A program made the translations under genes and the position numbers. From Octopus sinensis (Eukaryota): 42,487 nt of DNA. Below, piece after piece: positions 11,005-23,749 of this stretch (positions within the stretch are counted from its first letter, which is position 1; every line of letters starts with the position of its first letter). The DNA lies in contig NW_021824667.1 in the NCBI RefSeq assembly GCF_006345805.1, positions 1 to 42,487 on the forward strand, given 5' to 3'. Under the pieces are notes generated by a model. The model ran no database searches. It had not been told where the DNA came from and worked only from the letters and a program-made list of their open reading frames with translations.

Positions 11005-12288
11005 TTTCGTACATATGCCAAAAGAGTGTACTAAAGATAACTAAATTTGTCTCTTATTCTTCATGACTTAAAAAACATACATACATACGTAGGTATGCAT
11101 GTATATATATATATATTATATATATAATATATATATTATAATATATAATATATATATATATATATTATATTATAATACATATGTAGGTTGATGTGGTATA
11201 TATATGTATATATATATGTATATATATATATATGCATATATATACCAAGATGTTGTACTGAGATGACACTCACCCCTCCTCGCCATTCTTTTACGGTTGG
11301 TCAACGATTCTTGTAGCTACGCAGTGTGTCTCACTTGCAGCCAACAGTGGAATACAAGCGGCGTTTCGCTGTTTTCACTAAACGCTTTTATAAACATATG
11401 TTATTCACATTGCTGTTGTTGTTAGCCTTATATAAATAACCGAAACCTTTGTAATTACTCTGCTTCATTCACGTCAAAATTTTATTCTCTTTCTGCTTTT
11501 CTACACATTTTATTATTATTTTTTTTTTTTTGCTTTATTTCGATCATTAAAAAAAAATTCTATTCAATTTAATTTTCGTTTACTAGTTTTATATATATTT
11601 ATTGATGTATTTATAGAATATTTTATAATAATTTACGTTTGTAGTTTAGCTGCCTATTATTTTTTCGCATTAAATGATCATAATGAATACGTTTCATTTA
11701 TAATAGTCACACATACAAAGCACGGGGCGTGCGCAGACATTTTTTTTTAATATTCATTTATTCTCTCATTTGTTTCAGTCAAAGGGACTGTGGCCATGCT
11801 GGGATACACACAGCCAGCCACACACACACACATACACACGCACACACACACATATCTAAGTGTATGTATATATATACATATACATACGTGTGTGAGCATG
11901 CGTGTGCATGTATACATGTGCCTTTACGTACATTTTAAGCAATTGTCTTATTCTATAGCTGCAAGCGGACAAAAGTTTTTTTTTTAAGAGAATGTGGTAA
12001 ACGGAAACTGAAAGAAGCGCGTCGTACATGTATACCAATACCTATCTATCTGTCTGTCTGTATGTCTGCATGCATGTGTGTATGTATGAGCGCGCACGCG
12101 TGTATGTGTGTATGTGTGTGTATAATAACAAAAATATGCTGATATTCTCTACAGCTGTTTCAGACGTGTTTTTTTTTATTGACGAACTAATCAATTACAT
12201 CATGACCAAAAAAAAAAAGACCGTTTCCTTTAAATCTAAAAATTAACATTTATGATTTTACACACAAACAATGTATTTCGACTCCGGG

Positions 12289-12460
12289 TAAGTCGATTAC
12301 GTCGACCCCAGTGCGTAACTGGTACTTATTTTATCGACCCCCCCGAAAGGATGAAAGACAAAGCCGACCTCGGCGGAATTTGAATTCTGAAAGTAAAGAT
12401 GGTTGCAATTCCGCTAGGCATTTTGCCCGGCGTGCAAACGATTCTGCAAGCCCGCCGCCT
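12289..12460 (-). mobile_element. SINE family B
   Basis: GTCGACCCCAGTGCGTAACTGGTACTTATTTTATCGACCCC...GAAAGGATGAAAG...GACCTCGGCGGAATTTGAA...AACGATTCTGC. Confidence 0.9.
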
Positions 12461-13662
12461 AATTAAGGGAGTTCTGTTGCAACTAGAAACATTCTAAACG
12501 AGTGATTTAGAATTCTTGAACAGTTAACTACAGGTGAGTGTCTTAGTCCAATTTAGCAGTTTGAGTCGTGAAGTTTACACCTGTATTTGAGCGGTCTTTA
12601 CAGTGTCATTACTATAGAGACTTCATCGCACACAAGAAATACCTGTAATATACAAGATGTTGATTGAACCGAGCCAACTTTACCTATTATAATTCCCAGT
12701 TTGGATTAAGTAGTAAGCGTGGTAAGTAATGGAATATGATAGGGTGGTAGTTTCTAGAACACTGAGCACTAGTTTCGATGTTCAATACTTGCTGGCTTCA
12801 ACTCTCAATATTTTGAATTTAAATCTCACCGGGAGAGGCTTTACCTTCCTCTTTTCAGGGTCAATAAAATTAATGAGCGCCATAATAGAAGGGACTGTTT
12901 GAAGAATCATTTGGTTCAATATGTTTCACTTCGTGTGCGTGCGTGTGTGTGTTTGTGTGCGCGTGTGCGTGGATGTCCATGTGTGCTCATGTGTGTGTGT
13001 TTGTGTTTGTGTGTGTATGTGTGTGTGTGTATTTATATTTACAACAGCCTAAGGTGCGTCCTATTATATGTAATAGAGTTGATATCAATCAGCTACCATC
13101 CCACTCTTTACCAAGCTGTGACCTCGTGATAAATGCTATTCACACACACGCACACACACACAAGCACGCACACACACACACGCACACACATACACACACA
13201 CACACACACACGTACACAGGCACACCCACAAAGATATGTAGATAGACACACACGCACTCACACATAGATACACATATCAATATAGACGCATAGACACGCG
13301 CGTGCAATCTCCATGCATGTATCTTGGGGTTTTATTTTCAAATTAAAAACTGTTCCTCCCCTCTCTATCCACTCTCTCTATCTCCACACTCTCTCTCTCT
13401 CTCTCTCTCTCACTCTCTCTCTCTCTCTAATTAGCTTCTAATCTGATCTCTCCAAATTTTGAAATCTATTCCTCAACCACATAAACTGCGATATACAGTG
13501 CCTAAAACCAACCACTCTAAAAATGCCTCTCTCTTGCTATTAAATTAAAACGAATACAACAACTGTGTCACCTTGGTTACCAATGATGCAGTAGTTTTAC
13601 CACCTGTTCCTTCCTCGTCAACTGCCTCGAGTTATTAAATAGGAGAGTATCGCTTTTCGCAG

Positions 13663-13699
13663 GAGACTTCCAGGAATTACCAGAGAAAATAGCAAACTG
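13663..13699 (+). other. Candidate 37-nt exon of an unidentified gene
   Basis: CGCTTTTCGCAG|GAGACTTC...GCAAACTG|GTGAGT; open in two phases (GDFQELPEKIAN or RLPGITRENSKL). No homology recognised. Confidence 0.3.
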
Positions 13700-13924
13700 G
13701 TGAGTGTATGTAGAATATATATGTAGGCAGCTTGAAGGCAAAGGAGAAGAAAAAAAAAACAGCTAGTTTTAATCAGGTTCCTTGAACCAGCAGGAGAATA
13801 TATCAAAATCCCTGTATAATAGAATTCATTTACTTGGAACTAGAATGAAAATGAACATATCGAGCCGTATGTTTGCTTTCAAGAATGATCTCTTTCTCTC
13901 CCTTTCTCCCTCTCTCTCACTCTT

Positions 13925-13957
<33 letters not shown>

Positions 13958-14278
13958 GTATATATACGAATGAATAAGGAGAATACGAGAAAAGGACAAG
14001 AACGAAATTCAAAGAGAGCATGTTAAACAGATTGAAGAGAAACTTTTTATTCTTTCCGCTTTTTTCCTTTCTTTCGTTTTATCTTCGAACTGTGTTGAAT
14101 TTTCGTAAAGTTGTTAGAATACTTTTTGCCAAAAGCTAGAAAAATGTGGCCTGGTTTCGATTCCTACTCATTATTTTTTTGTAATTTCCCTAAACTTATC
14201 ACCGCAATGCTTTTTGGAAACGTATAAATCTACACATTTTATTTCAGACCTATCCTGACTTGTCTGCCATAAATATAT

Positions 14279-14510
14279 GTGGTTAAGAGCGCGGGCAACA
14301 AATCCCAAGATTCCGAGTTCGATTCCAGTGACCTGAGTAATAATAATAATAGTAATAATAACATCGAAAAATACCTTAGGAATGAGAATCCAGGTTCGAA
14401 TTTTCCCCAAGACGCCTGATGAAGGCTTGGAGGGTATATCAGCCGAAACGTTGTGTTAACTACAAACAAGATGAGGACAAATATCCATCATATATAAATA
14501 ATGTAAATAA
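14279..14510 (+). mobile_element. Composite element: tRNA-like Pol III head, (TAA)n linker, hammerhead-bearing tail
   Basis: GTGGTTAAGAGCGCGGGC...GAGTTCGATTCC (B box 14315-14326), short TAA run, then the hammerhead at 14411-14457 and an AT-rich tail. Confidence 0.7.
14411..14457 (+). ncRNA. Minimal type I hammerhead ribozyme with intact core (predicted)
   Basis: Stem I GACGC/GTGTT; CTGATGA 14416-14422; extra A; stem II GGCT(T)G/CAGCC; GAAA 14445-14448; palindromic stem III ACGT; NUH triplet GTT with predicted cut after 14452. Confidence 0.7.
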
Positions 14511-14761
14511 ATCAATTTCGATTTTAAAAGCTTCAAGAGGAAGCATCTATATTCTGTGACCAAACTATTACGTTTTCAATTTAGCAAGGACTTACCCAAA
14601 GTTTGTTCTTATACAGAAAATATAAATCCCTGAAATTAAAGACTTCGAGACTCCATTTGCATGAAAATTAACAGCCAAGTTTGTCTTAACATATTTATTA
14701 CAGCAGAGTGTTTCCTGTAATTTCTTTCGTGTACCTGATTTTATATTTATCCTAATCTGAA

Positions 14762-14976
14762 GGCTGCGAGCTAATAGAATCGTTAGCACACTGGGCAAAA
14801 TGCTTAGCGTCATTTCGTTCGTCTTTGCGTTCTGACTTCAAATTCCGCCTGGGTAGTTTTTGTCTTTTATCCATTTGGAGGACGACAAAATAAATACTAG
14901 TTGAACACTAGGGTCAATGTAATCGACTTAACCCCTCCCCGAACTTGCTGTCCTTGTGCCAAAGTTTGAAACCATA
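14762..14976 (+). mobile_element. SINE family B, diverged
   Basis: GGCTGCGAGCT..AGAATCGTTAGCAC...TTCAAATTCCGCC...GGGTCAATGTAATCGACTTAACCCCTCCCC...TTTGAAACC. Confidence 0.8.
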
Positions 14977-15068
14977 TTTACACCAGTCTATTTTTAACTC
15001 CTGTCGTTTGTTATGTCCTCTCGTGCCCTGTAACTTTGTAGTTCAACATCGTTGCTTTGTTATTTGTT

Positions 15069-15351
15069 CCTTCTCCAGTCAGCCTGGCTCATAAGGGCCG
15101 GTTTCTCGGTTTCCTTGGCGTATAGGTTCCCCACCTGGACGGGACGCCAGTCCGTCGCAGGTGAGCTGCAAGATGCAGGAGGAAAGAGTGAGAGAAAGTT
15201 GTGGCGAAAGAGTCAGCAGAAGTTTCGCCATTACCTTCTGCCGGAGTCGCGTGGAGCTTAGGTGTTTCGCTCATCGCCCGGTCTGAGATTCGAATCCGCG
15301 ATCCCACGACCGCGAGTCCGCTGCTCTAACCACCAGGCCATGTGCCTCCAC
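15069..15351 (-). mobile_element. tRNA-derived SINE with V-SINE-like central segment
   Basis: Minus strand: GTGGAGGCACATGGCCTGGTGGTTAGAGCAGCGGACTCGCGG...GGATTCGAATCTCAGACCGGGCG (A and B boxes), then CCTGCGACGGACTGGCGTCCCGTCCAGG and GAAACCGGCCCTTATGAGCC. Confidence 0.8.
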
Positions 15352-16089
15352 AGTTCAACATTGTAGAGATCGATAAAACAAGCATAGGTCTGAAATAAGT
15401 CTCGACGTCGACATGAAAAACAAAAGCAATTGAAGGTGGCTCCACTGGAAGGTCGTAGTCAAATGCTCGAAAAGAACAAAAGAATAAATAGAGGCAGGTA
15501 AAAAAGAAAGGAAGAGAAGAGAAGTAGCTATTGTAAGACTGAAGGAGAATATTCTTGTACGTAAGCGTGTATGTGCGTGTGTGTGTGTGTGTGAATGTGT
15601 GAATGTGTGAGACACAGGGGGACAGAGGAACAGAGGTAGGTGACTGCGTATGTATGAAATAGAGGAAGTATGATGTGGTATGTAGTGTGTGAGTGTGGTG
15701 TGTGTAGTGTGTGTGTGTGTGTGGTGTGTGTGTGTAGTGTGTGTGTAGTGTGTGTGTATGCGTCTGTTGTGTGCGTGTGAGAAAACTACGTAAATCTTCA
15801 ACTCATTCAGACACTTGTTGATGAATGTCAAGTTGAGAGCGTTGAGCTGAGACCGAACCCGTTGCTACCCAGCTGGGGGTCAACTTACAGCTGCCCACTC
15901 TATGACCAAACTACTACTAAATGACAACATCAGAGCAACTTAGAAATACTCCTTCCTTCCTCACTCGCTTCTGCTTTTTTTTCATTTTATTTTATTTTAT
16001 TTTATTTTTAAACATTACATGACATGGAGCACTTCATCGACACAGCATCCGCTGATGATGTGTTTTGGTAGCGTTTTCGATTGTAGTGT

Positions 16090-16236
16090 TAATATTGTGT
16101 TGTTGGTATTGTTGTTGTGGTAGTGGTGGTTGGTGGTGGTGGTGGTGGTTGTAGTGGGGGTGGTAGTGCTGGAAGTTTGGGTGGTGTATTGAGTTGATGA
16201 TGATGATGATATTGATGGTGATAATGGTGGTGGCGT

Positions 16237-16270
<34 letters not shown>

Positions 16271-16625
16271 GTAGCGGTTGTGATGATGGTATTAGCACAG
16301 TGAGTGGTATTGTAAGAGTGGGAGTGTTGGTGTGTTAGTAATGGTAGGGTGGCGTGATGATGTTTGGATGATGATGATGATGATGATGATGATGCGGTGG
16401 TGTGTTGTTGCTGTGGTCGTGGTGGTGTTCTGGGTGAGTGTGAGGTATTGAGGTGTGGATGGTGTTGGTGCGGTAGTCGTGTGGTACTGGCACGGTGGTG
16501 GTGGTGGCGTTGTTGGCGGTGGTATCGATGCAATGGTTGTGATGATGGTCTTCTTCTCCTAGTGACGGTGGAACTATTATGACAATGCAGTATCTGTTCT
16601 TCAAGCAGTGTTTATTGCTTTTGAT

Positions 16626-16659
<34 letters not shown>

Positions 16660-16767
16660 AAGAAGAAGAAGAAGAAGAAGAAGAAGAAGAAGAAGAAGAA
16701 TGAGAAGAAGAAAAGAAGAAGAAGGAGAAGAATGAGAAGAAGAAGAAGAAGAAGAAGAGAGAAGAAG

Positions 16768-16799
<32 letters not shown>

Positions 16800-17060
16800 G
16801 AAGAAGTAGCAGTAGTTCTTGGCATTCTTGCAGCTGTTGTACTTTGGTACAACATCATAGTTTTAGTTGGTATTTTTTGTTGGTAGTAGTTTGTATTGTT
16901 GCGGCGGTAGTAGTCCGAGGTATTGTAGTAGTTGGTAAGTAGTGCTTCTAATGATAGTAGTATGCTTTCTTGTAGTAGTAGGAGGAGGAGGAGGAGGAGT
17001 AGTTCCTGTTGTTATAGTGGTAAAAGTTAGTGTTGTCGAGGTAGTAGTAGTAGTAGTAGT
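16090..17060. repeat. Low-complexity triplet field: (GGT/GTT/GAT)n, (GTA)n, (GAA)n, (GAG)n
   Basis: Read directly; the ORFs here are homopolymeric amino-acid runs. Confidence 0.95.
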
Positions 17061-17241
17061 TTGGGTTGTTGTAGAAATGAGTTGCGATCTGGAGTAACGT
17101 TAAACAAAGTGTCAGTGCCGACGCTCTAACCACTGAGCCATGCTCCTTCATTTGTAATTAATTTGCAAGTCTGCTAATTATTCTACTAAACTGGTAATTT
17201 ACGGGAAATATATCAACAAGCGGTGGGCAAGACACACACAC

Positions 17242-17288
<47 letters not shown>

Positions 17289-17344
17289 ATACACACACTC
17301 ATACACGCAAACACACAACACACAACACAAACACATACACACTA

Positions 17345-17477
17345 GGCATGTGTGTGGTCAAAAGTACGTCCCCCAAATAAATGGTTCCAGGTTCACTCTC
17401 CTTGCGAAGAGATTTGGTACATGGAAACTGAAAAAAAAAACCGTCGCACACACACACATACACACACACACACAGAC

Positions 17478-17518
<41 letters not shown>

Positions 17519-17724
17519 TATATATATACATATATTTCCGGGTTCAGTCCCATTGCGTGGCACCATGTATATACATATATATAACAGGCTTCGAAACAGC
17601 TTGTGTCTACCAACTTCACTGCGTAGGCATTACAAGACACTTGCTCGAGGTGCTGTGCAGTGGAACTGAACCCGAAACCACATTGTTGCAAAACGAGCCC
17701 GTTTACACATAGCCACCCCTGCAC
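17345..17724. mobile_element. Cluster of SINE family A fragments in both orientations around a (CA)n tract
   Basis: Plus fragments at about 17345-17450 and 17536-17575 (CCGGGTTCAGTCCCATTGCGTGGCACC); minus fragment at about 17583-17724 (GACACTTGCTCGAGGTGC...GGAACTGAACCCGAAACCAC...ACATAGCCACCCCTGC). Confidence 0.75.
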
Positions 17725-18010
17725 TTATATGCACCCCTTTTTTTATGTAACTGTTAATGGCGTAGCGTGAGTCATGGTTGCTCAGGTATCAAATTTGTAA
17801 CCTACTTCCTGAAATATAGCATAATTTTTTATCCAGAAAAAGTGGCCGCCGCGCAAAACCGCTCACCCCATGCTACATCACTGGCACTAAGTGTCACGGA
17901 ATGGGCCGCTGCACCCAAGTTAATATTTGCTGCTGGTGCTTCACAATTGTTTATTTGGCGCGTATATGGCATCCTGGTATATTCGTAGCTAGCCTCGGTA
18001 TACTCTCTTG

Positions 18011-18417
18011 CTCTTTACTCTTTTACTTGTTTCAGTCATTTGACTGCGGCCATGCTGGAGCACCGCCTTTAGTCGAGGAAATCGACCCATAGGACTTATT
18101 CTTTGTAAGCCTAGGACTTATTCTATCGGTATCTTCTGCCGAACCGCTAAGTTACGGGGACGCAAACACACCAGCATCGGTTGTCAAGCGATGTTGGGGG
18201 GACAAATACAGACACACAAACACACACACACACATATATATACATATATATATATATATACGACGGCCTTCTTTCAGTTTCCGTCTGCCAAATCCACTCA
18301 CAAGGCTTTGGTCGGCCCGGGGCTATAGCAGAAGACACTTGCCCAAGATGCCACGCAGTGGGACTGAACCCGGAACCATGTGTTTGGTAAGCAAGCTACT
18401 TACCACACAGCCACTCT
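18011..18417 (-). mobile_element. SINE family A, full length
   Basis: Reverse complement aligns end to end with 357-775. Confidence 0.93.
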
Positions 18418-18670
18418 GGAGTCCGTGTCAATATCCATTGCTCATAGATGCATAGAACATCATACACAGACAGACATACACACACACACACACGCCCACA
18501 AACACACAAACTCACACATGCACACGCACACATACAGACACTCACACTCACACACATACACACACGGCTCGCGCGCGCTTTTTTCTATGCAATCAGTCTA
18601 ATTGAATATATTCACACTAATCATCATTTGTATTTAACAAAAGTGAAAGGTGTGTGTATGAATATGTAAC

Positions 18671-18704
<34 letters not shown>

Positions 18705-18739
18705 AATATGTAATTACGTATTCATTGGTTTTCCATTCA

Positions 18740-19220
<481 letters not shown>

Positions 19221-19932
19221 AGTATCTCGTTATAGGTACACCCATGAGAATGTTTTGCTAGAAATATGATAGACAGTTTTGAGTTCTGTCTCTTGGAGGT
19301 CCACTTATAAGTTTATCTAATATCAGATGATTTTTTCTTTACTTCTTTACCTCTATATTAACACCTCTGTTTCTCTCTCTGTCTCTCTCTCTCTCTCCCC
19401 TGCTTTTCCTTCATCTTCCTTTTCCTCTCTTTTCCTCTCTCCCACCCTGTCTTTTATTCGTACGCCATTATTTTTGCTCCCCTGTACCTGTCCCACCAAC
19501 GATCTAAATATTAGCCAAATGCACACGTACTTAGTCTCTCACGCTCACACATCATGCGCAGATGCAGACACACACATGTACCACGCATAGACACACAAGT
19601 CTGAACCTCTGCACAGCGAGCAAATCATAAACCTATAAAACACATACCGATACGTATACGTCTATGTGGCTGGTATGCATGCTCGCACAATGAAGATCTC
19701 TCTCTCTCTCTCTCTCCTCTCTCTCTCGCTCTCTCACTCGTACCTCTTTCTGTACACGTATATGTAAACACATATATAATAATGCATGTCTCTGTACACG
19801 CGCCCACCCCTCAACACACACTCCCATTCACACATATGTGACTGTGTGTTAGTATAAATTAAAGATTTTTAAATTAAATTTCTGTTACTCTTATGATTCG
19901 TTTCGGACAAGATGTTCTTAATTACATTAATC

Positions 19933-19964
<32 letters not shown>

Positions 19965-20014
19965 AACACACACACACACACGCGCAAACACACACACACA
20001 TGCACACACACACA

Positions 20015-20072
<58 letters not shown>

Positions 20073-20549
20073 TGTAAGTATGTCTACTTTGATCCTATGA
20101 TCCTTCAATGACCAAAGACCAAAGACCAAAGTTATTCCCCTTCAGCCAATAACAAATTTTTCGTTCAATTACTTCCCATGAAAATTGCCAACCTGTTTCT
20201 CTAAAAATCCCTCACATTCTCTCTACATTATACATTATACATTATACATTATACAAAGAGTTCTTCCCTACATACTATAACGATTCTTTTAATGAAACTC
20301 ATTTCAAAACTCATGCTTGTAACCGTTTTCTCTTAATCAACCAAATTTTGCTCCACATACCTTTCAACCTCTCTTTTCGCCCGACTTCTCTCGATATTGT
20401 CCCCTAATGATCGATACTTTCTCCTCTTTATTTCAAGGCTATTCCGTCACAGTGTTATCCATTTACAGCTCAGTGGACTGCGGCAACGGGAAATGAAATA
20501 TTTTTCTCAAGAACACAACGTAGCAATTCAGCAAATTTAACAAAAAATG

Positions 20550-20667
20550 GCTGGAATAAATACCAGGCTTAATAAATAAGTACTGTCGTCGATTCCTTCG
20601 ACTGAACTTCTTCAAAGTGGTGCCTTAGCATGGCCACAATCTAATGACTGAAACACAGTAAAAGAAA
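20550..20667 (+). mobile_element. SINE family A, 3' fragment
   Basis: AATAAGTACTG..GTCGATT...GTGGTGCCTTAGCATGGCCACAATCTAATGACTGAAAC. Confidence 0.7.
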
Positions 20668-20679
20668 TATATTACATAT

Positions 20680-20719
<40 letters not shown>

Positions 20720-20760
20720 ATATATATATATATATAATATCTATATATATATATTATATA

Positions 20761-20882
20761 TAGTACTTACTTATCAACCCCTAAAGGATGAAAGGCAGGT
20801 CGACCTCGGTGGAATTTGAACTCAGAAGGTAAAGAGAGAGACGAAACACTGCTAGCATTTTGTCCGGCGCTGTAATGATTGT
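20761..20882 (-). mobile_element. SINE family B fragment
   Basis: GTACTTACTTATCAACCCCTAAAGGATGAAAGGC.GGTCGACCTCGGTGGAATTTGAACTCAGAA. Confidence 0.85.
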
Positions 20883-21110
20883 CTTAATCCCCATATAATG
20901 AACGAGTGTTGTATCAGTTTGCAGTACTGGGTTCAATTTCTACCATAGCTATAGGAATGCTCTCAACCGTTCATCTCAGCATGTCGTATATAGATCAGAG
21001 GAAGACGAGGACTTCAAGTAATGCGCCAACAATTCAATGCCGCATGTGTTTGAGCACCCCATGAGAGCGTTTAATCATTATAAATTATATGTACATATAT
21101 GTGTGTGTGT

Positions 21111-21370
21111 GTAGGCACGTAGCTTAGTAGTTAGGTTGTTGCACTCATGATCTTTAGATTGTGTTTTTGATCTCTAGACAGGGCAATCTTATTTTTTGTT
21201 GAGCAAAACGCTTCGTTTCACGTTGTACCAGTCCACTCAGCTGTAAATGTGTTCCAGCCATGGAGGGGAAGTTAAACCTGCGACGGGCGGACTGTTGTCT
21301 CGTTTAGAGACGAAGAAAATTATAACCTCAGTCCCTTCCACACCTTAGAAACCGGGTTCAGCTCCGGCTT
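21111..21370 (+). mobile_element. Decayed tRNA-derived SINE (family C / V-like core)
   Basis: GGCACGTAGCTTAGTAGTTAGG head; TTGAGCAAAACGCTTCGTTTCACGTTG..CCAGTCCACTCAGCTGTAAATG shared with 33241-33502 and 39860-39992; CCTGCGACGG and GAAACCGG shared with 15069-15351. Confidence 0.7.
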
Positions 21371-22425
21371 TATCTATCCTTTGGTTCATGACAGATCTAC
21401 ACATGACTGTCGAATGTTCAGCCACTTACTAATTACACCGTGTAACGCGATTTTTGTCCGTGGGTAGCAACTGTGATTTCCCATTTGTTCACCCTTAGAA
21501 AGTATGAAAAATGGCTACTATTTCCTTCAAAATTTGCTTTTGTTACATTTATTCAAACCCCAAAGAATCCCCCTCAACACATAGCTATGATGCTCCTCCA
21601 TTACTCCTGCTCATGTCCAGAGATGCACAGAGATACACATGCTTAGTGGTGAAAGTCAAGCAAGTGATCAGCAAATCTGTGATATTGCGCAGAATATTTG
21701 CTATAACGATATTTCTGCTTCAGCAACCCAGCGCTGAATCCGTCTGAAATGCAATGGAAAAATAGATCAGTTTTAAAACATTGATGTCCGGGCCACAAGA
21801 GCAAAGTTCGAAGGGAATAGTAGTCATTTCCCTTGATTTCTAGATCGAAGCAAATAGAAAATAACACTTATTGACCAAAGACAAAAACAAATTAAAATTT
21901 TGTTTCACCGTGTTATATAAGTAGGTAATCCAGTCGATCGTCGTACGACTGAATATTAATAGTTGAAACCAACCGAGACCAGCCGAGGTTCATTTCCATA
22001 CACATGCATAGTTACCAGCCACAAGCAATCAATACATGTTACTATGAGGTCGTTGATTAATGCATTTTTAATTAGTGTTTTTCTTTTATGTTTAAAGTGA
22101 CGAGATTCCTCTAATTTCCTAAATTTGTGCACATGATGTCATCTTCGAACATTTTCCATCTTCATTTTTAGTGCAATTGACATAAAGATTCTGTCGACCA
22201 GAAGACGGACTTCCTTTTTGAGTTCTACACAGCATTAATATACCACATGCTCTGCACAGAGGGAGGGTGCCATTGTTATGCTCAATGGGGGTATGTCAGG
22301 TGTTTTAATCACTAGAATAGCACGTGCTGCTCCGTCGAAGTGTATCAAATGTTCTACTCAGCAGGAGGATACAACATGCTTTACAATGGTTTACACACAC
22401 ATACACACAAACCTATATATATATA

Positions 22426-22456
<31 letters not shown>

Positions 22457-22474
22457 GATATAATTATGTCATGT

Positions 22475-22665
22475 ATATTGAGAAAAAAGTCGTCAGAATT
22501 TTGGAAAAAAAAATCTTTCGTACCTCTCGCTGAACTTCATTTGAATTTCTCCAACTTCTCGAATTTCATTTGACGAGTTCGAGAAAGGAAGGAAAACGCT
22601 AATAATAATAATGAAGAAATAAAAAGATTTTTTTTCCAAATTCTGACGACATTTTTTCTCAATAT
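22475..22665. repeat. Element with 44-bp terminal inverted repeats and an inner hairpin (MITE-like)
   Basis: 22475-22518 pairs with 22622-22665; inner TTCTCGAA.TTC / GAGTTCGAGAA stem. Confidence 0.8.
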
Positions 22666-22731
22666 TCAAATTACTGGCACATCACACCTAACACTCTATA
22701 CATACATACATACATACATACATACATACAT

Positions 22732-22813
<82 letters not shown>

Positions 22814-22815
<2 letters not shown>

Positions 22816-22916
22816 CGGGAAGCTTTATGAAAATAAACAAAGAGACGAATGCAGGTGGAGTACAAACAAACAATTGTATTAGTATGGCGCTCAGGAATAT
22901 AAATAAAACAAGTCTT
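22814..22916 (-). mobile_element. Short (TA)n-embedded element, post-hammerhead segment only
   Basis: Reverse complement closely matches 27449-27551 (about 5-6 differences over 103 bp); (TA)n on both sides. Confidence 0.9.
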
Positions 22917-22956
22917 ATATATATAGAGAGAGACTTAGTAATTTTAATATTTCTAT

Positions 22957-23004
<48 letters not shown>

Positions 23005-23020
23005 ACATATATATATATAC

Positions 23021-23315
23021 ATTTTTTAGAAAAAATAAAACCTTTTATCTATTCAATAATGAAAACCTAAATCATACCATCTAGAAAATTACATATTATA
23101 GAAAGATTAAATATAAGATAAAACATATAACAATAATTAAGTAATGTGCAAAATAATAAATAAAACGTATATATTTTATTTATTATTTTGCACATTACTT
23201 AATTATTGTTATATTTTTTTTATCTTATATTTACTTTTTCTATAATATGTAATTTTCTAGATGGTATGATTTAGGTTTTCATTATTGAATAGATAAAAGG
23301 TTTTATTTTTTCTAA

Positions 23316-23320
<5 letters not shown>
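23021..23320. repeat. 300-bp AT-rich near-perfect palindrome flanked by (TA)n
   Basis: ATTTTTTAGAAAAAATAAAACC...GGTTTTATTTTTTCTAAAAAAT; centre at about 23166-23173; only small indels between arms. Confidence 0.96.
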
Positions 23321-23361
<41 letters not shown>

Positions 23362-23444
23362 TTTGTGAATTTGATTTAGTATTTCTAAATTGAATTTCTC
23401 CCTGTAAGTTTGGAATAATATTCCCTCATATTATTATTATTAAT

Positions 23445-23540
23445 CCACTCCAGGACTTATTCTTTGGAAGCCTAGTACTTATTCTATCGGTCTCTCTTGC
23501 CGAACCGCTAAATTACAGGGACGTAAACATACCACCATCG
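23445..23540 (-). mobile_element. SINE family A internal fragment
   Basis: GGACTTATTCTTTG.AAGCCTAGTACTTATTCTATCGGTCTC..TTGCCGAACCGCTAA. Confidence 0.85.
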
Positions 23541-23749
23541 CCACTAAAATTCTACGAAATACTAATAAAATACACCCATGTTTTGAGTTCTATTTTTACT
23601 GTTTACATCGCCAACCCCACCTCTCGCTCTCTGTCTGTCTGTCTCTCTCTCTCTCACTCACACTCAATCTCTCTCTCTCTCTTTCCCTCTCTCTCCCTCT
23701 GTCTGTCTGTCTCTCTTTACGCGCGCGCACTTACACACGTACACATATA

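Noticed and set aside
14597-14630. Minus-strand AG/GT-bounded 34-nt segment (DLYFLYKNKLW)
   Set aside because: Isolated, with no phase-compatible partners found; within chance expectation for splice-like motifs.
15290-15351. tRNA gene calls at SINE heads
   Set aside because: A and B boxes are present, but no complete cloverleaf forms and each runs into a SINE body.
17755-17883. Possible hAT-like MITE with TGGCGTAGCGTG / CATGCTACATCA ends
   Set aside because: The inverted match is short and mismatched, and no 8-bp target duplication is visible.
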